This document shows, one piece after another, positions 34,343 through 45,838 of a DNA stretch of 64,000 bases; the stretch's first letter is position 1, and each line of letters starts with the position of its first letter. The stretch lies in NCBI GenBank assembly GCA_051294905.1, contig CM119372.1, positions 24,616,001-24,680,000 on the forward strand, given 5' to 3'. This stretch comes from Botryllus schlosseri. Taxonomy: Eukaryota. The translations under genes and the position numbers were made by a program. Below the pieces are notes generated by a model. The model was not told the origin of the DNA, ran no database searches, and was given only the letters and a program-made list of their open reading frames with translations.

Positions 34343-37300
34343 TCATCGGAAGGTGCACCCCATTATGTTGTTCTTTACGTTCGAGATGATGTTTTCTAGT
34401 TGGGGGTCTTGCAGGATCGGTTTCCTCATCGTTATCCTCCGCTTGAACGTATTCAGCAGCCACTGGCGATCTATCTTGCGCGTCTCTTGTAGCTTCTTGT
34501 TTCTTCCAGTCCATATCGCCTGTTTGAACATAGAGATTAGGATCATTAGAGTTCGCTCATGGCCTTCCCTGATTGGTCGTTTGGGTGACATATGAAGTAT
34601 GGTCTGCATGTTCGCTCTTTGTTCGGTATTTGCCGTGACTTGTTCCCACGCTCCTAAAATGAGGTTTAGAACTGGTGTAATTGTATCACACTGGGTAAAA
34701 ATATGGACATGAGATTCAGTTCGGATTTCGCAGAGTGCACACTTATCAGTTGGTTCGACCAGGCGTGCGTTCAACTTATCCATGGTTGGAAGTATTTGAT
34801 GCGCCGCATCCCAGTTGAGGTCTCTTTGTTTCCGCGTTAGGTATTTTGCACGTACGTTCTACCAGCTCGGGCCTTCCATGTCCATGATTTCCCTTTTTGT
34901 GTTGCCTTACGATTGTCGCCCGGTATACGTCCTTCGACATTCCTTTTTCGTAGTCTGCGTCTAGGATTTCCAGTTCCCTCATTGTTTCGTTCACTTCCAC
35001 CCAGTGTGGTTGCGGCTGAAATGCATGAGGTCTGTCATTAGATAGTTTGTTCTTTCTGTACCTGTTAAGGATGATTGCCAGCTGGTGCTCCATACGTCCG
35101 TCCCATTCTGTCTCCGTGTTTTGCCCGAGTTTTTTAAATACCGGATTGCAGGCTTGATGAAGATGAGGTCCGTAATTCTTGGTATATCGGTCAAGCCAAG
35201 TCCTCCGATTTCCTCCTTTTGAATAATCTTGTTGTAATCCGCCCTCTTCTCTATGCAGAACAGGAATGACATAATGAGTTCTCTTAGTTTGGCCTTCAGA
35301 TCCTTCGGCATTCTCGAGGTGGTGGCGTGATATGCGAACAAAGGAAGAATATTGGTCCTTATTAGTTCTATTTTTTCATACCTTTGAAATTTCATCTTTT
35401 TCATTTCTCGGATGCGTCGATCTGTTTTGCCAATTGCCGCTTCCCATTGCTGTTCTGCTGCTTGCAATTTGTTGCCTATTGTTTTTCCTAATATGCTAAC
35501 CTCATCGGCCCATTGGATCGCCGTTGCTGTATTGTATTGGCCTTCTGCTCCAAATTTTATTCCTTTTGTTTTTTCCCAATTAATTTGTAGTCCGCTTGCC
35601 TTCCCGAATTGGGTGACGATGCGCACGGCCTTTTCGCAATCTTGTACTTTCGCCAGCGTTATTGTCACATCATCGGCGTACGCCGGGGTGGTGATTCTGT
35701 TCTTGAGTCCGGTCAGTTTGTACCGGGCTAGGTTCTGGTTGAGGCTCTGTAACAAAGATTCGGTGGCAATGGTGAACAAATACATGGAAATAGGGTCGCC
35801 TTGTTTAATTCCCGTCTGAATTTCTATTTCGTTACCAATTCTCCCCCCAACTGAGACTCGCGATGTGCTCTTTTCGTATACTTGCCGGTAGAATTCACGA
35901 AAGGTTGGCCCGAAGCCTGCCGATTTTAGTGCTTCCTGTAGGTAGTTGTGATCTACAGTGTCGTAAGCCTTTTTGAAATCGATAGATATTATTGCGCCTT
36001 GTTCTTTGGATCTCATTTCTGATGCTGCTTCCCTGATCAAGAGGTTCAGCTGCTCGATGGTGTTGGGCGGGTTTACGAATTGGTGCCGATGCGTGATGTT
36101 CGGCAGCGCCGCCTTTACTCTGTTGGAAAGAGTTTTGCTTAGTATTTTATAGTCACAGTTCAAAAGTGTTATTGGTCTGTAATTTTCTATATTTTTTGCA
36201 TCACCCTTCTTGTAGATGACCTTAAGAATTCCTCTTGCGAGGCCGCTCGATACTTCCTGCGTAGTGTAAATTTCATTGAACACTTCGGTCAAATCTTCGG
36301 CTATCGTGTCCCTGTTCTCAATGTAAAATTCCGCGCTGATCCCATCCTCCCCCGGGGTTCGATTCCTGTTTTGTTGTGCGATGGCTAAGCGGACCTCGTC
36401 TTCGGTGATTGGAGCGTCTATTTTCTCCTGCTGCTGCATCGTCAGCTGTTTTTCCTGGTACCTGAGAAAACTACTTGCAGTTTGTTGGTTTGTTTGTTTC
36501 TCACCGTATAGTTCCGTGTAGTATTTTTCGATGATTGTTCTTATTTGTTCATCATCCGAGGTTATTGTTCCATTTTCGTCTTTTAGTTCTTCGATGTTCA
36601 CCGCCTCCTTCCTCTTCCTTATTGTCTGACAGAGGAAGTATGGATTGTTGTCCAGGATCGTTTCTCGCTTGGCTTTTGCTTCTGCCTGAAGCTTGGATAG
36701 CTCTTCCGCTTTCCTCTTCCATATTTTCTTCTTTATTTACCTGTATTCTACTTCAGAGATGTTATTTCGTAGAACATTTTGTCTTACCTCTTCGAGCTCG
36801 TTCTCCTCCTTCAATCTGATGTCCCGCTTTTCTTTTAGGGTTTCCCCAGCGTGTTTCACCGCGAGGTGCTTTAGTTTCCTCTTGACGGCTTCCCACCATT
36901 CGATTTTGGTTTCGTATATGGCTGGATGCAGCGTCTTCCATCTTCGCCATTTTACTTGGAAGTCATTTTGGAACGCCTTCTTTTCGTATATTTGTGTGTT
37001 ATTCTTCCACGAATTAGGCCTCGGGCTCTTTCCTTTTACACGTAAGGTCGCAATCACAGCATCGTGGTCTGTAAGGGTACAGGTTATATGTTTGCAATTT
37101 AGAGGTATTATACCTTTCGAGGTGTAGATCCTGTCCAATCTGGACTTTCCTTTGGGGTAGAAATATGTGTAGTCTTTTTTTCCCCCATTTGTTTCGCGAA
37201 ATGTATCGGTCACTCCTATGGTCCTCATTACTGAGCGATTGTATGTGGCGTCTTCTCCAAGTCTTGTTATGTTGGGCGGTTCGCGGTCGAGTTCGCAGCT

Positions 37301-37750
37301 GTCAACCCCGTTAAAGTCTCCCGCTACCACGTGTCGTTCTTTCCGGCTTATTCTTGTTGCCAGTTGACGCAAGAGTGCTCTTCTTTTCGTTCTGTTATTG
37401 TGACCGTATACGTTAGTGATAGTGAGATTGATTTTACCTGACTTGATTCGAATTTGTAGTATTCTTCCTTCCGTATCCATCGTCTGGTCTAGTGTTCTGT
37501 ATGATTTCCTTCTGTGCGTTAGTAGAACTGCTGTTCCTGCCGTTTTCCCGTTTCCGGAATTCCAAAAAGACTTTCCCTTCCATTCTGCAGCCCAAGTTCT
37601 TTCAGTGTCCAGTGTGGAGTGCGTTTCTTGCAGACAAATTATGTCGGCGCCTGTGTCCTTAATGTATTTAAATATTAGTTCTCTTTTACTGGCTAGATTC
37701 ATTCCGTTGACATTGATTGTTAGAATCTTAAAAATATTCGGACCTGCCAT
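34343..37750 (-). pseudogene. LINE ORF2 (endonuclease-RT-zinc finger) broken by about three frameshifts
   Basis: TINVNG, LQETH, AGDFN, SRLDRIY, TDH (APE); YRPITLLNCDYK, DFKKAYD, KQGDPIS, YADD (RT); CALC..ESHVHIFTQC; split across ORFs 36737-37750, 34991-36601, 34776-35093 and 34343-34783. Confidence 0.92.
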
Positions 37751-37764
37751 AATGAACGTTAGGC

Positions 37765-39381
37765 CTACTTGTTAATAGTTGCGGACTTTTGCCTCTTCGA
37801 TTTCCTGCACCTTGCGCACGATTTGTAAAACTTGGCATCCTCATTTCGGATTAGGTTGCCACAGCAGCTGGATATTTGGCATTCGCTTTTGCAGGTCCCG
37901 CAGATTATTGTTGTATTGTTAGTTAATTGTTCGCCCGTCACGATGAATTGATCATTCGTGTTGCAGCACGCCTGTATAATACAGTTTTCAGTTTGACATT
38001 GCATACAGGTACATACCGATCTTTGGTTCGTGAATGTAATCGGCCTGCCGCAGCTGATGCACGAGTCCGCTCCCTTTATTTCACCAGAGTAGCTATTGAA
38101 CCTTCTGGTTGGCTGGATATGCTCCTCAGAGTCAGTGCTTTCCCTTTGCCTCTTGTCCCTCGAGGTCATATCCTGAGGCGCTTCATCTTCTGGTCTATTT
38201 AAAAGGGCATTCGTTTGATCAAACCAATCGCTTTGATATACCTCTGCATTTTCGCTACTGCTTTTGTTGTTTGGGCTCTCGAATATGGTAAATATGTTCT
38301 TGTCGGTGTCGACGGTGTTTTGGACGTCCTTTATGCATCGAATCGTTTGGCTCTCGTCTATTTCTTCGTCGTCCTTTGCCGGTTTGTCGTCGGACTCTTT
38401 CGCCGCACCCTGCTGTTCGTTCGTTTCACCCGATGGGCGTTCTTCTTGCTCTTCGCGTTCACTCGACATACGTCTCTCGTTTCCTTTTATGGGCCCGACT
38501 TCCTCCGATCTCCTCCGCTGGGTTTGTTGTTTTCTTGCGCTCTCCTCGATTGTTGATTGGCTGTCGATTGCAGTCGTTTCCATCGACGTCATGCGTTTCG
38601 CCTCGACATCTCCACCTATTGATGTCGCAATAGTGGGTGTCGGCGCATTTCCTGCATTCTCTGTTAGCGGATTTCGATATTGCTGGGTCCCTCTGTTGAT
38701 ACTTGGGGTGATTTGTGGGTCTTCGCGCCTCTCGTGCTCTCTCCTCCTAGGTCTGGGAGGTCTTGTTGATTTCGTCGGGCATAATCTAGCAATATGTCCT
38801 GGCTGCTCACATATAGCACATGTAGCTGTTTGTCCGTTGTATTTCACTGCGATTTTCGCCCCATCTATCCAAATATATGATTTTATTGAGTTTTCTTCAA
38901 TACACTTTTTTCCTACTAACACGCTTCGGATCCCGTTTTTAAATCCCATGTCATCTTTTTGCTGGAAGATGCTCTTTATGGGTCCATGATTGTTTTCAAA
39001 ATATTCCTCTATCCGGTCGTCTCCCATGCGAATGGGCACCCAGCTGAGGTAAATCGCGATGTTTTCAGAGATGTACATCCAGTGTGTCGGGAGGTCGATT
39101 CCATCTCTCTTCATTTGTACCATTCTTCTGTCCACGTTTACCGCCAGTCTTCTCTCTCTGAATGTGAGGTCAATCTGACCATTCGGGAACTTTATGATTC
39201 CTTCTATGTGCTCCTTGTCGATTCCGACTGCATCGAAAAGTTCTATTAATTCTGGTCTTTCTGGCACTTGACTCAGTTTGATACCAATGTCGCATGTCCT
39301 GTCTATTAGCTGTGTAGCACCAGCTGCATTTGCGTATGACGTTGAGGCCGCACCTCTATTTTCATCTTCCACCATCGCCAT
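37765..39381 (-). CDS. LINE ORF1 protein (RRM-like region, CCHC knuckle, disordered linker, Cys-rich tail), 538 aa
   Basis: SYANAA start, NGIR, YNGQTATCAICEQPGHIARLCP typical of Tx1 ORF1; ends 14 bp before the ORF2 ATG. Confidence 0.88.
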   Translation of the reverse strand: MAMVEDENRGAASTSYANAAGATQLIDRTCDIGIKLSQVPERPELIELFDAVGIDKEHIEGIIKFPNGQIDLTFRERRLAVNVDRRMVQMKRDGIDLPTHWMYISENIAIYLSWVPIRMGDDRIEEYFENNHGPIKSIFQQKDDMGFKNGIRSVLVGKKCIEENSIKSYIWIDGAKIAVKYNGQTATCAICEQPGHIARLCPTKSTRPPRPRRREHERREDPQITPSINRGTQQYRNPLTENAGNAPTPTIATSIGGDVEAKRMTSMETTAIDSQSTIEESARKQQTQRRRSEEVGPIKGNERRMSSEREEQEERPSGETNEQQGAAKESDDKPAKDDEEIDESQTIRCIKDVQNTVDTDKNIFTIFESPNNKSSSENAEVYQSDWFDQTNALLNRPEDEAPQDMTSRDKRQRESTDSEEHIQPTRRFNSYSGEIKGADSCISCGRPITFTNQRSVCTCMQCQTENCIIQACCNTNDQFIVTGEQLTNNTTIICGTCKSECQISSCCGNLIRNEDAKFYKSCARCRKSKRQKSATINK

Positions 39382-41507
39382 CTTATTATTCGGCGCTTTC
39401 CGTTTCTAGACCTCTACCTCCACACCCCTGCATATTCGTGTCAATACAACCGAACACCGATAATAGATTGTTGAAGCGGTGGTTCCGCACGGATTCTACT
39501 TGAAAAAATTTCATAGGTTAATAATATCAAACGAAACCACAAAATGTGCGGTATCCATCGGTGTCGGTGCCAATAAGCAAAAAAAGAAAAAGAAAGAAAA
39601 GCCTAACAAACACGCTCAACAGCTGATTGTTACAGCTGTTGAAGAGACTTGAATCGTTTGCACTGTAACAGTGCTTCCAAACTCAGGTCAGCTAAGTTTC
39701 TCCTAAATTCATTTCTCGCCTAGCGAATCTGGGAAATATCGGCTACAACACTAGCCGTTAAGGGAAAGAATGTTGCCAGTCATCCACAAAAGGTTTTCAG
39801 AGCTTCAAAATCTTTGGAGGGCCGAACCGGCTTCCATGCATCATGAAAAGAGATCACTTCGCCAGTGCCATCGATCTCATCGCAGAAAGAATTTTCTTCC
39901 CGATCCTTTTCCAGGAGTTTCCTGTGTTGTCTCTCAACACATTCTCTTTAGTAGCCCGACTATCATTTCTCCCTCAGTCTACCGATATATTTTCGGAGGA
40001 CTTTTGTCACTTCGGGCTTTAATATTACCAACTCGAATGGAAGAGTCCTGGGAAGGGTAGCTTGTTTAAGAACATTAGACGCAACAAGACCGTCTGGCAA
40101 AACGAGACTATGCAGCTCAGAAATAGCCAGACAGTTTGTTGCGTCACAATGTTCCACTCGATCACAATGCAAAAATCGTGGTTGATTTTGGGGATTCCAG
40201 CTCCATGAGCAGAATATAATAAATATTTTAATAATCAGTACTGCGGCAGCTTTTCATTGATACCCGTTTTATCAAATTTAGTGCTCGACAAGCCGGTCAA
40301 AAATGGTCGTAAAATTGCCTTTGGGCAGATGGAAAGTATGACGTAAACCAAATGAAGTCAGCCGTTCAATCACGCTGTGCCCACAAAATTTAGGACACCA
40401 TGCTTTCACCCCTAATGGTTGGGCTGGACCCAGATTAAGAAACCTGCCTTTCACAAACGCTCTTCTCGCTTGTAACGCGGTCCTGTTAACACAACACCAT
40501 GAACGAAATACACCATTTGGCAGGCCGTGTTATTTTGGCATATGCCAAATATTGCTTATTTTTGGCATTTTCAATTTTTTATTTTTGGCAGTTTTGGCAT
40601 CTGGCTCCGGAAATGTCAAAAATAACACGGCCTGTATATAGGCCTACCTATGATAAATCACGGCTTATCGGAAGAGGTCCTGCGATCCAGATCTGCAGGA
40701 AAATAGCTAATGCCATACAGTGTAAAAGGAATATTTACATTTCTAGTTACGATACGTCCGCTACAGGTTACTACCCAGTAAACACCCAACCATAAAAGAA
40801 CCGTGCGGGATGGTGCCGACCAGGTTCCGATTTTATTGTTGCAAGGATATGTCTAAAATATGTAAAAACGATAATCTTGGAATACATTTAAACAGGAATT
40901 ATTTCGTTGCGGTGATATTCGCTCACATTTAATAAGTTCGTTGGATCCATTAGATATCGTTACTATGTTTGGTTTCACCAGAGTGTACTCAAAGGTGGTG
41001 TGGACACTGAAGGTGAATCCCCTAGTCACGCTCTGATTGGGTAGTCAACCTTGTTGTTGACGATCGATTTACAGCACTGATTCAATGCAAAAGTCGGTGT
41101 TGTTAGATGTCGAGTATGAAGATGTTTTATACCGAAATGGGTGTCAAGATTTGGTGTGGTATATCCTAATGATGCAATCTAATACTATGTCGAGTTTCAA
41201 AGTCGTTACTCAACGACCAGGGCAGTAATTTCGTTATCAAAGTCGAGTAACATGTTAGTGTCTGTCGATCCGTCTGCAGGACTGATTCAATGCAATTAGC
41301 GATGATTTGCCGTGTTTACGACTTCAGAAATAGTATTTTCGTCGGAGAGTTCGATAATTGATTTGTACAGATGTAGAATGATTCCATTGGAATGTTACCA
41401 AAGCCAAGAAGTCTGGCAGCAGTCGCCACATTTTAGTCAAAAAATCACTATTATTTATTGTCAACCATTGCAGATTGCTAGACTGACCACTAATCAAGTG
41501 TTGTAAT

Positions 41508-42544
41508 ATGGTCTACTGCTGCGTTCCTGGATGTAACTGGTCTTCTGTCAAATCGAGAAAGACAGGTGCGGGCCGTACTTTCTTTAGGATTTTGCGGCCA
41601 GATTTAGCAAAAAATTCAATATATACTTTGGACTCACATTCTTAAACTTTATGAAAATGAAAAATACAGCCTTATGCTCAGACGAACAAGACTCACAGAG
41701 GCCCATATTAAATTGAATCCATATTCCAAAGTACGTGTCCCATTTTAGTATATTATTATCACCAACAGCATTGACCAATCAATTGAAATCTAGATGAAAG
41801 TAAACTTGGCAAGAGACATTCTGAGCTGGGAGGTGGGTAAAAATTTATCAACAATGGATGGAGCCAAGGGTACCGCTGACTTCATCCTCCTTATGAACAG
41901 GTGCAATAGGTCTTTCTCGGCAAGAAGTTTAGGCCAAGCAGTAACTTATATTTTCTTACAGATGGTTTGAAGTTATCAATTGCGGGATCAGGAATCCTGT
42001 ACGGTGTATGGAGGATGACAGGATCAAATTTATCAAGGAATTTGTGCAAGATCTTCTGTTGTGGAAGGTAGTATTCAAATGTTTCCAATATGAGAATTAC
42101 ATATCCTATATATTTCAAAGGCTGAAGTGGATGAATTGGGCGAACAAAAGCGTATTCTTCCACGATCAACCTTGGAGGGATTAATCTTCACTTCACGTAA
42201 TTTCGTTTTTCTTTGTGAACGATTACTCCGTGAGTTAGATTACGTTTGCTTGCGGACCTTCTCACAAGATGTTCTGGAAGCTTTCTTTGGAAATCTTGTA
42301 AGAACTTATTTCTGAGATTACCGTATATAGTTTTTCGTGAATACCATTTTATGTTCAGAGGAACTTGGGCAGGCGCTCGCAAAATCCAGATTTGAAGGCT
42401 GTGGCTTACGGAGTGCAGCAAATCACTCAGCGCAAAATTATAAAAAAGATAAAAGGGGGAAATACTACTTTCGGCACCAAAAACGCTTGGCAAGAGGTCT
42501 GCAATGAGCCAATAGTGAAACGTCGTAAATCCGAAGGTCTGTAA
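41508..42544 (+). pseudogene. Spliced THAP/P-element transposase, internally deleted
   Basis: THAP start MVYCCVPGC at 41508, then GT-AG-separated exons WTHILKLY..RLTEAHIKLNPYSK | MKVNLARDILS..TADFILLMNR | WFEVIN..LLLWK | ..TFSQDVLEAFFGNL | RNLGRRSQNP..KGGNT..stop at 42544. The rest of THAP and the N-terminal catalytic aspartates are missing. Confidence 0.85.
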
Positions 42545-43652
42545 GACCCGGTACCGTATGCAGAAAGGTACTCGGCATGTATTCAGCAACTTATTTTCAG
42601 AGTAAGTTGGATATTGTCATCGGACCAGGAAAGGAGGCAGACTTGATCGAGCAGAAAATTTTCAAATTAGATTAGAATTATAACTAGGCCTACATATTTT
42701 TTCCCAAATTAGATTTGAATTATTGAGTTCGCAAGAACTTGGAAATTGAATGAAATTCCAAATACGAGAGAAATACAGCAAAGCAAAATTCAAGTTCAGA
42801 TCATGTCAAAGAGTATTCGTATGCATGCGAATGTTTATTGTATCTACACCAAGTTTGTCTTGTTTCGCTCAGTTCTCCTGTATGGTTGATGTTGCAACAA
42901 ATTATATTAGAATTAAGAAACTTTTTACTAATTAGATCAGAATTAGAATTGAAGCATAGAAAACTCTCACAAATTGGATTAGAATTAGATTACTGGCATT
43001 TCTCGTTCTAATTTAGTCAGCCAAGTCTGAAAGGTGGAGAGGTTATTTATAGTGGTTTGACGATGGAAAGGCGAAGGAACTGTAAGGATAGTCACTATTT
43101 GATCGAGTCATCTCAAGTCATTGCGCATTGACTTGACCATTCCATATGACTTATATCTGTGCTAGAGACTGCTCAGTGCTCACCATATCTGTAATGGAGA
43201 GGATACATTTCTCTCAATAGAAGTGTTCCATAATGGAGTAACAAATCATGTCGCTCCATTTTATTTTCAGAATAAATATAATTATTCTACCTGTGCTTGT
43301 CTTCTGTCTCACTTGTCTCGCGAACACAGGGGTGAATTGTAATGCAAAAATCAGAACATATTATGGTATCCTCCTTGGACTCAATTTATTGCCATCAGAT
43401 TGCAGAATAACGAGGAAAGACACGGTCAAGGACGAGTAGTGAAGGTTGAGTAATGACGACGATGCAAAGCTTCTATGCATGAGAAAGAATCCATAATATG
43501 AATGTTCTAATCAATAATAATCAGATTATATTTTCAATTGAACAAGACACACAAATGATGCGATGTAATGAACAGGCAGGACAATGCCGAAACGACCAGT
43601 GAATATGTAATTAAAAGTGCTAATGACAAGCAAAAATTATTAAATCCGTCTG

Positions 43653-44276
43653 CTAGCAGCCTTTACTTTGCAATTTTAAATTACCTCTCAACCCTTTGGT
43701 CAACAAGCACTTGCCTCGTATTCTTTCGAATAACTTCTTGGCAAATCCTCTTCCGAGAAGCTTAGTTACTGTTTTCACAATATGTGTGAGGATTGCCTCT
43801 AATAAATCGTAATCTATGTCTTGGTTACAGCGATATATATTCGCAATTTTGAAGAAATATTGGTCTTTCAAGATAATCTCATCAAACACACTGATGTCAA
43901 CATTACCGGGGGACCTGCTAAATTCTGAAGCCAATTTCAAATATTTCAATTATTTGTAGAAGCACATAGGATGGGTCTGGTACATCCGATGAGAAAAAGT
44001 CTGAAGCGCGAAGACAAAACTTGCTGTACTGCGTGACCAAATGTTCTTTATTTTTTGTTTTTTTTTGTATTCCTTCATCCAAGTTGCAACATTGATTGCA
44101 CCAAAAGACGAGAATTCAGCATCTGTGACATCTTCCAGTATACGAACAGTCTCATCTGTTATAATGGCACTTGATTCAGCCTGAAAAACGGCCGGTGATG
44201 CTTCAATGTCATCATCTATGGCTAGCAGTTCCTGAATAATTTCAGGTGAAAGCCATTCAATCTCGTTACAAGTCAT
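43653..44276 (-). pseudogene. Second, convergent ORF of the P-element (~207 codons, one internal stop); unknown product
   Basis: ORFs 43950-44276 and 43653-43949 are contiguous and in frame across a single TAA; acidic N-terminus, basic helical C-terminus (GRGFAKK..KGLRGNLK). Confidence 0.6.
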
Positions 44277-45838
44277 TATATTACTAGATGTACTGTACAG
44301 CCAGCGTTCAGTCTAACAATCTGCAAGAGTCGACAGTCTAGCAATGATTTAATTTTGTTATTATTCTGGCAATCTGCGATAATAGTTGGCACTCACAGAT
44401 AGTGAAGTCGCCACATTTTCGTCATAAAATCACTGACGAAATTACTAGCCTAATCCTTGAGTCACGATCTTGAAACTAGGTAGAGTGCTAGATGACATCA
44501 TTAAGATGTACCGTACGAAATCTTGTCCCTATCTCGGTATGGAACATCGCCGAAATCAATACGTACAGATACCAGCTATTGCATTGAATCAGTCCTGCAG
44601 ACGGATTGACACTAACATACTCGACTTTGATAACAAAATTACTGCCCTAGTCATTGAGTAACGACTTTGAAACTCGACATAGTATTAGATGGCATCATTA
44701 GGATATATCACACCAAATCTTGACACCCATTTCGGTATAAAACATCTTCAAACTCGACATCTAACAACATCGATTTTTGCATTGAATCAGTGCTGTAAAT
44801 CGATCGTCAACAACGAGGTTGACTACCCAATCAGAGCGTGACTAGGGGATTCACCTTCAGTGTCCACACCACCTTTGAGTACACTCTGGTTTCACTGCAT
44901 ACGGCTGTAAACACTCAAAACTGGAATTGGTCTATCAAACCGTTTATTTTTTCATTTACGGCCTTCATTATAAGTATATTCGTAGTCTTGTATGTCCACT
45001 GGGCACGCGCTGATGAGAAAACGCTGTAGTATCTGCGTAATATTTACATTGGTAAAATACATAGAAAAGACATTGAATTGAGTCTACACAAAATCCCCCT
45101 TTCTACTAACCCACCAAGTTCTCATATCTACCAAATCAACTTAGCTTTTCTACATCTTTGGTCTGTAAATTGTTTGCTGGGTAAGTATGACCAGTCAAAC
45201 TGCGCATTTGCACCATGATGTAGACGCTGCAGATGACTGAACCACCGACTAGGCTATGTCATACTCAGAATTTGGATTCGTCGACCTATTGTTTATCACA
45301 TTCTCTCACTGCACCTCTGAGCAGTCCAGTTGACAAACTAATGTGCCGCGACACACCAGTTAAGAACCACTGGTTCAGTGCTTTTCAACATGTGGGATGG
45401 TACGCACTAGTGCGGATAAAATAAATCAGTGAGGATGACAAACGTGGTGCGGATGAATATCCGTACGGCTGCGGATGTAAATCACAAACAATTGATACTG
45501 TTTGGGTCGGCACGGCTCCAGAGCGATCGGTTAAATATATGTAGTATTTGTTGAATTTCTTGCCCAAAAACAAGCCTGTTTCTTCGCGCGATTTCCTATG
45601 CATAATTTTTTTATTGCAAGGTCACTGTATTGGGTACACTGGTACAGCAGCCAATAAAGAGACACATAGAAATATAGCTTGATCATGACACTGTGACAAC
45701 CTTTGTTTTAGCCTACTTAAAATTGTTTGAATTCCTGATAGGATTTGTTCGATTGGTTTCTCTGGAAAACACCGTGGAATCCTGTTGCGATGCTTTACTC
45801 TAGTCTCGGGTGTGCAACGAGCGTGTGCGGGCCTACAT

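Larger units (their letters stand above)
34221..39507 (-). mobile_element. Full-length Tx1/L1-clade non-LTR retrotransposon
   Basis: ORF1 plus ORF2 (APE endonuclease, RT); flanked by a 13-bp TSD ATTTCATAGGTTA (34208-34220, 39508-39520). Confidence 0.92.
33976..40634. mobile_element. hAT-type DNA transposon carrying a LINE insertion
   Basis: TIR CAGGCCGTGTTATTTT / AAAATAACACGGCCTG; perfect TSD TATATAGG (33968-33975, 40635-40642); possible decayed hAT dimerisation-domain remnant on the minus strand near 39650-39780 (RNEFRRNLADLSLEALLQCK). Confidence 0.85.
40979..44888. mobile_element. P-element-superfamily DNA transposon with ~320-bp TIRs
   Basis: CAGAGTGTACTCAAAGG... (40979 to ~41300) is the reverse complement of ~44574-44888; 7-bp TSD GTTTCAC (40972-40978, 44889-44895); internal THAP/P transposase exons. 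Confidence 0.92.

Noticed and set aside
38264..38989. 241-aa plus-strand ORF
   Set aside because: Antisense shadow of the low-complexity LINE ORF1; no independent motif.
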